Positions 58,390-64,000 of a DNA stretch of 64,000 nucleotides are shown piece after piece. Source of the DNA: Zygnema circumcarinatum SAG 698-1b (Eukaryota > Plantae > Zygnematophyceae); contig CM074808.1 in NCBI GenBank assembly GCA_037447605.1, positions 3,782,001 to 3,846,000 of the forward strand, given 5' to 3'. The notes under the pieces were generated by a model. That model was given only the letters and a program-made list of their open reading frames with translations, was not told the origin of the DNA and did no database searches. How positions within the stretch are numbered: position 1 is the stretch's first letter; every line of letters begins with the position of its first letter. The position numbers were made by a program, and so were the translations under genes.

Positions 58390-61237
58390 TTACAACTGAG
58401 CTAAAACTGAGCTCAAAAACTCCATCACAGGTGTGAACACGTCCTCAACGACCGTGTCGCTGAGAACCAGATCCAGGTGTGAATAGCCCGCAACGACGAG
58501 CTGGCGGGGGGGGGCGGGGAGGTTTCCGACCAAGCGGGCCATATTGAGGGGGTCGGCGAAGGCGTCGCTAGAGCCAGAGAGGAGGAAGAGGGGGAGGGAG
58601 GGGGGGAGGGCCATCGGCGTGTACTGGTTCGGGGTTTGGGCGCCGTACTGGGCCTCGTTGGTGTAGTTGTTTCCGTAGTCCCAGTACTGAAAACGCCTCG
58701 CGACCATTTCTTGCTGGTAATGTATCAAGTTTCTGGATTCCGACGAGTGTGGGAAATACGGTGAACGGTTGATTTTGATGAGCAGTTACCACATGGCAGA
58801 AACAGAAGAAACATATTGAGGGAAATGGAAAGGGGCAGAGAGCGAGAAAAAAAATCTAGTTTTCCTTTTAAGGGTTTTTTAGGGTTTTTAGGAATATAAA
58901 AGCGTTTTAGGGTTTTTAGGGTTTTTAGGGTTTCTAGTTTTTTCTTTTTTTCGTATTTTCGTGAATAGCTCGTCGTCCACACGTTGCCACTCAAGATAAA
59001 ATAAAAGAAAACAAAAGTTAAAGAATAGCGAGAGAGGAGAGAGGGTAGTATGAGGACCTGTAGCTGGCCACCACCCAATTGGGGTCGAGGGAGTTCGCAA
59101 AGTTGGAGAGTGTCTCGTTGGAGACGCAGCACACAGGTCCTGCACATCTCAAACCCAACCACCAGGATCGTAAAAACCCTAAAAACCCTAAAAATCCTTT
59201 TTCTCAGTCGTTGATCTATATTCTGAGCAGTTCCTCTATCCTCTCACCCTCCCTCTCCATTTTATCAATCTCTCCCCATTTCTGTCTCTCCCTCAACCTT
59301 CAGTTCTCTCTCTCCAACTTTTCCCCGTATCTCGTCCAAGTGAGGTAATTCTTCTGTCGGTTTTTCTGGCTTTCCTTCCCACCCCTCTCTCTCTCTCCCT
59401 CCCCCTTTCTCTCCCCCCATCCCTTCATACTCCTCTCTCCGTTACAAGATCTGTAAGCTTACCAACAATTCCAGCAAGGACCTGGTCAACCCCGTCTCCT
59501 TGTTCGGGGTTGATTCCCAACCCTGTGATGAATCCAGTGAGCATATTTGTACTGTCAAGCCACAAAGGAACAAACATGGCACCGTTCAGCGCAAAGTCGA
59601 AGCCCTACATGCTTATGGATTGACAATGGCTGTGAAAGCTTCAATGCCCTAGATAAGGTGGCTGCTTCAGGCTGCGACAGCTTGTGCGCTAACACCTACT
59701 TGGTAAGGTTGTAGACACCATTGAGAAGTTGGAGTCGGTAGAAAATCTGCAAAAAAGTATAGCAGCAACCAAAACACTTTAACTTCAACTCAATGCAGAA
59801 GGTCTTGTTCGCTGGCAGAGCTCAAACAATTTCAACATCCGAAGGTTTTTATAGAAAGCTTGGCCGGAAGGAGAGAAACCCGTACTCGTCTCAGATTAAT
59901 GATAGTCTTCTCTAAAAGTTTGATTTAGGGCAGAGCTTGATTACAGAGTCAGGTGAGAACGACGTCCCCCATTGCATGAGCAGCGGCGACGTGATGTTGA
60001 CCAGATATGCAATTGGACCGAGCAGTGAAGCTGAAGCCAAAGTGTTGGCAAACGTGCTGTTGGAGGAGGCTGCTGCCACTGCCAGCATTGCACCCTGTAT
60101 AGAGAGGCAAAAGTATTTGAAAAAGAGAGGGACGGCAAGAGGCAAGAGGGGTCGGGTATACAGAGTGGGAGGGAAGGGGAGAGAGAGAGATAGAGAAAGC
60201 CAAAAAGGTTACTCTTTTAGGGTTTTTAGGGTTAGAAGTTACTCAGACTTGGATTTTCATCGTTGTATGGGCTATTCAAGCAGGATACTTACTTGATTGT
60301 AGCCCACAAAGTGAACTTTAGGCTCCCCCGTCACCTGCCGGATGGTGTCGATCATGACTGGGAGATCATGCGCCATCATAGTATCGAAACAGAAATCCCA
60401 ATAAGCCTGCATGGGAGCGCCAACTATACAGTAAAAATAACGAAATTTATACTTTCTTTCCAGCTGTTAAACTTCCAATATAGTACATTTACTCTCTGCA
60501 AGTATTAAAGTGAGAAATTGAATGATTCTCTGTGCGGATGCTGAGAACCACTTACGAAGTCTTCTGTTGTGTAGTTGACGTGCAGGGATGAATATTCAGT
60601 CCCGCGGTGGTTTCCGACCCAAACATCGAAGCCGTTGTTCGCTAATATAAAGGGCAACTGCCGTGAGGGCTCCGTTGCACGGAACCAAAGATCACCTCCG
60701 AGGAACAAGGCATGGTCGAGGTACACGGCAGGCCGTTGAACACCTACAAAACATAGCAGTTTTAAGAACGCAGAAACAACCTTGATAGTATTAAGACGCA
60801 TTAAGCTTCACTAAAAAGACTATTGGGACTCAGCCAGGCATTGAGTTTGCTTAATAAAATAAGTAATATCTTTATAATGTTAAACTCTCAAATATGAAAC
60901 AGCCCAACGACTCAAAAGTACCCCAAATCCCGAGAATTCAGAAGCGGCTCTTTGGCTGGACCTGGAGATGAAGACGAGTTGAACGATGTCGGAGATGATG
61001 CGGCTCCCACCGGTAGAGATGTGCCGTTTTGGGGAGCTGCAGGTGCTGGGAGGGGGCTTGAGGGAGGGGCCAATCTTTGCATGGTGAGGTAGTAGCCATC
61101 ATCCGTGAGCACCTGCATCATCATCATACAGCGGGAGAGTGCCATACTCTTTTCTTAAGTTTCCGGTAAGGCTAGAGAGCCATTTTGAAAGGAATTACAT
61201 TTATATGTTTGAGAGAGAGAGAGAGGGAGGGGAGTGG

Positions 61238-61314
<77 letters not shown>

Positions 61315-61536
61315 AGCTAGAGAGAGATTGAGACTGTCCAGGACTCGTCTCAAACTTCCCTCGAAAGTAGGCAGGTATTGTAGACAAGCCCTCACTTGAT
61401 ATTCAGAGCAGGTATAACCGTTTTCTCGAACATATTTGTTACAGAATTGAGTCTCTGAAGCGCCCTTCGTTGAAGGGAGCGCCGCCATCAGAGTTGAAAC
61501 CACCAGTAAAGCTGAAATTCTTGCCGACAAGGCCAT
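58390..61536 (-). CDS. Secreted acid/gastric-type lipase homolog, predicted catalytically inactive; copy 2 (tandem paralog)
   Basis: Same exon structure as copy 1: MALSARISALL.., FCNKYVRENGYTCSEYQ, TDDGYYLTMQR, RPAVYLDHALF, GFDVWVGNHRGTEYS, VHFVGYNQ|GAM, GSSDAFAD, YSHLDL; stop at 58390-58392. Confidence 0.88.
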
Positions 61537-62477
61537 TTTTTGAACTAAAAAGTTTCTAAAAATGGAACTTACAGATATTGATTGCAAATCCCTCTCTTTT
61601 TTTTACCTTTGACACAATCGGAGATTATCGAGATTTAAATATCGCAGAATTAGCTTAGCATACGAGAAAAATCAATCTAAATTTTTCTAAATTTTCCAAG
61701 TTATCTCTCCCTCCCTCTCCCTGTCTCTCTTTATCTCCCTCTTTCTCTCTCCCTATCTCTCCCAATCACTCTCTATTCCTCTCTATCTCTCTCCCTCTCT
61801 CTCTCCCTCCCTCACTCCCCCTGCGATCGCCGGTCGCGGGCTGTCAAGTCCGTCACGCGCTGTCACGCGCTGCGACGGCTGACGGCGCCGCAGTCGGCGG
61901 CCGACAAATGACCGTTTCCACAAAATTCGGACGAGCTCTGATTGGCTAAGTTGCCGTGATTTGTGCGACAGCTCGTGTCGGCGCACCCGTACGGTTCCAT
62001 GTGCCCGTTGAACCAATTTCCTCATTTTGAGCATAAAGCTGGCTGTCCGGATAGCTTGTACGGAACCAATCATTCTACGGTACCGTACGGTTCGAATGTG
62101 GCCGATCCCCAGAAGCGACAAGGTCGAAAGAGCCGTTGGCGCCGCCTTCCACGCTCACTCCCTCTCCCTCTCTCCCTCCACTCGCTCCCTCCCTCCCCCC
62201 ACTCTCTCCCTCCCTCCCTCCCTCCCTCTCCCGCTTTCCCTCCTCCCCACTCTTTCCCTCCCTCCCTTTCTTTCTCTCCCTCTCTCCCTCCCTCTCCCCA
62301 CACTCTCCCTCCCCACCTCTCTTTCTCTCCCTCGCTCCCTCCCTCTCCCCCTTTCCCTATCCACCCCTTCAGCGAATTTTCCTCTCCCTCTCCCTCCCAC
62401 TCTCTCGCCCTCCAAAGCCGCCAGGTATAGCTCCCTCCCTCACAAACATGAGGCCCCGCGCAGACCTTAAGCCGGCC

Positions 62478-64000
62478 ATGGCTGCCACGTGGCGCTACCA
62501 TGGCTCGGATTCCATGCGCTTCCTCCTCCTTGTGCTCCTCCTCTTCGTAGCGGAGCAGCCATGGCGGGCCCATGGCTGCCCTCCTCCTCCTCGCTGGACC
62601 CTCCTCGCCGCCTTCACCGCAAAGGCGCGCACCGTTTTAAGGAGGGCGGGGGAGCCAAAGGAGAGGGTGTCGCTGCGATCTGGAAAATATTTACACAAGG
62701 TGCGCCTTGGTCTATTTTTTTTTATGTATAATTTTAAGATGATGATTCCATTTTTTTAGTTTTTGGTTTTTACGATTTCGAGAGTGAACGATACCTTTAA
62801 TGTTAATGAAATGTTGAACAACTTGGGTTCGAATTTGGTTTAAAAATGATGACTTGCTGGAGAGGAAGAGGAAGAATGGCAACTGAGCGAGACCCAATGA
62901 TTGAAACGTTTCAATTTTTAATTTTAGATTTAAATTTTGCAGAGGTGGTCTCCCCCTCCCCTTCACGCCTCAAAAAGAAAAAGGAACGGGAATCAGCAAA
63001 AAAAGAGATTTGATGGCTCAAAATAGATCAACACATTCACATCAAGAGAATGTTCAACAACTTAGAGCTATGAAGCATCCTTGGAATCATCGGCAATGGT
63101 TGGCCATACCAATGGTTGGAATCATTGACAATGGTTGGCCATAAGGTGGAGAGAGTGGGAGAGAGAGGAGAGAGCGAGAAAGTACAGACATTAAACAGGA
63201 AGAATATATAACATTTGAGCTTCTTATTCTCTCCCCCTCCCTTTGATTTCGCCCTAAATTCTTCTCGTTGTAGGTTGAGCATTGCAAGAAGGGCGGGCCT
63301 TTGAATTGTTGTAGCGATCGATCCGATGGACTTTATCGAGACCCCTTCACATGGCCTCCCTGCAGGTACAGTATTCCCCCTCGCTAAATTCATCAAGGCA
63401 ACGGTTGGACTGTGTGGAGAGAGAGGGGGAGAGAAGGAAGAGGGAAAGAGAAAGGGAGAGAGAGGGAGAGGGAGAGGGGGAGGGAAAGGGAGAGGGAGAG
63501 GGAGAGAGAGAGAGAGGGGGAGGGAGAGAGAGGGAGAGGGGGAGGAAGAGGGAAAGCGAGAGGGGGAGGAAGAGGGAAAGAGAGAGGGAGAGAGAGTGGG
63601 AGAGGGAGAGGGAGAGAGGGAGAGAGAGGGAGAGCGAGAGGAAGAGGGAGAGAGAGGGAGAGGGAGAGAGAGAGGGAGGGAGAGAGAGTGGGAGAGGGAG
63701 AGGGTGAGAGAAATGGAGAGGGAGAGAGAGGGAGAGGTAGAAGGAGAGGGAGAGGGAGGGGGAGAGAGAGAGGGGGGGAAGGACGAGGGAGAGAGACGGA
63801 GCGGGAGAGGGAGAGAGATGGAGAGGTCGAGGGAGAGGGAGACCTACCTCTTTTAGAAAAACACAAGAGAGATGCACTACAAGAAGACACAGCTAAGTGC
63901 CTAAGACTTAGCGTATCAGATAATGCTCAAGAGGATGTTGAAGGGGACTTGAACTTGCGTTCATGTGTTTGAAGTGAAGTTATTTGTTTTTTGCAGCGCA
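62478..64000 (+). CDS. 5' part of a paralog of the secreted CBM14-like mosaic gene (continues beyond the window)
   Basis: Exon 62478-62699 has a signal peptide (MAATWRYHGSDSMRFLLLVLLLFVAEQPWRAHG). Exon 63274-63365 encodes VEHCKKGGPLNCCSDRSDGLYRDPFTWPPCR, matching [20 protein letters not shown] at 50558-50485 with the same phase-2 intron. The acceptor ttgcag|CGCA at 63996/63997 gives S-A as in the first gene. An in-frame upstream ATG exists at 62448. Confidence 0.8.

Noticed and set aside
62085-62100. GGTTCGAA T-loop-like motif (also ~62828)
   Set aside because: No acceptor stem, D-arm or anticodon arm around it; not a tRNA.

Overview
Eukaryotic nuclear DNA, intron-rich and full of GA/CT microsatellites and degenerate TTTAGGG repeats. 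The gene content (SERK-type LRR-RLK, U-box/ARM protein, ABC1K3) fits a green plant, most plausibly a streptophyte alga; the taxon is an inference. Nine complete genes and one partial gene can be assembled by hand from GT-AG splice phases. In order: COQ6 (-), a SERK/LRR-II-like kinase (-) head-to-head with a ~27-LRR receptor kinase (+), an ARM-repeat protein lacking a U-box (-), ABC1K3 (-), a U-box/ARM protein (-), a ~14 kb gene for a ~2,900-aa secreted mosaic protein (-), two tandem secreted lipase-like genes (-) separated by a long-TIR transposon with an 8-bp target-site duplication, and the 5' part of a paralog of the mosaic gene (+, runs off the window). The mosaic protein has two CBM14-like chitin-binding domains, a papain-family protease with intact catalytic residues, a ~1,800-aa AGP/extensin-like stalk, an EGF-like domain and four Cys-rich LysM-like domains. 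In both lipase-like genes the catalytic Ser is replaced by Asn. The 37-64 kb block looks like a cluster of secreted chitin/peptidoglycan-binding proteases and pseudo-lipases and is the best candidate for an undescribed system. No tRNA, rRNA or CRISPR array was seen. Most long ORFs in the ORF track are translations of microsatellites. All exon boundaries were inferred by eye and need RNA support.
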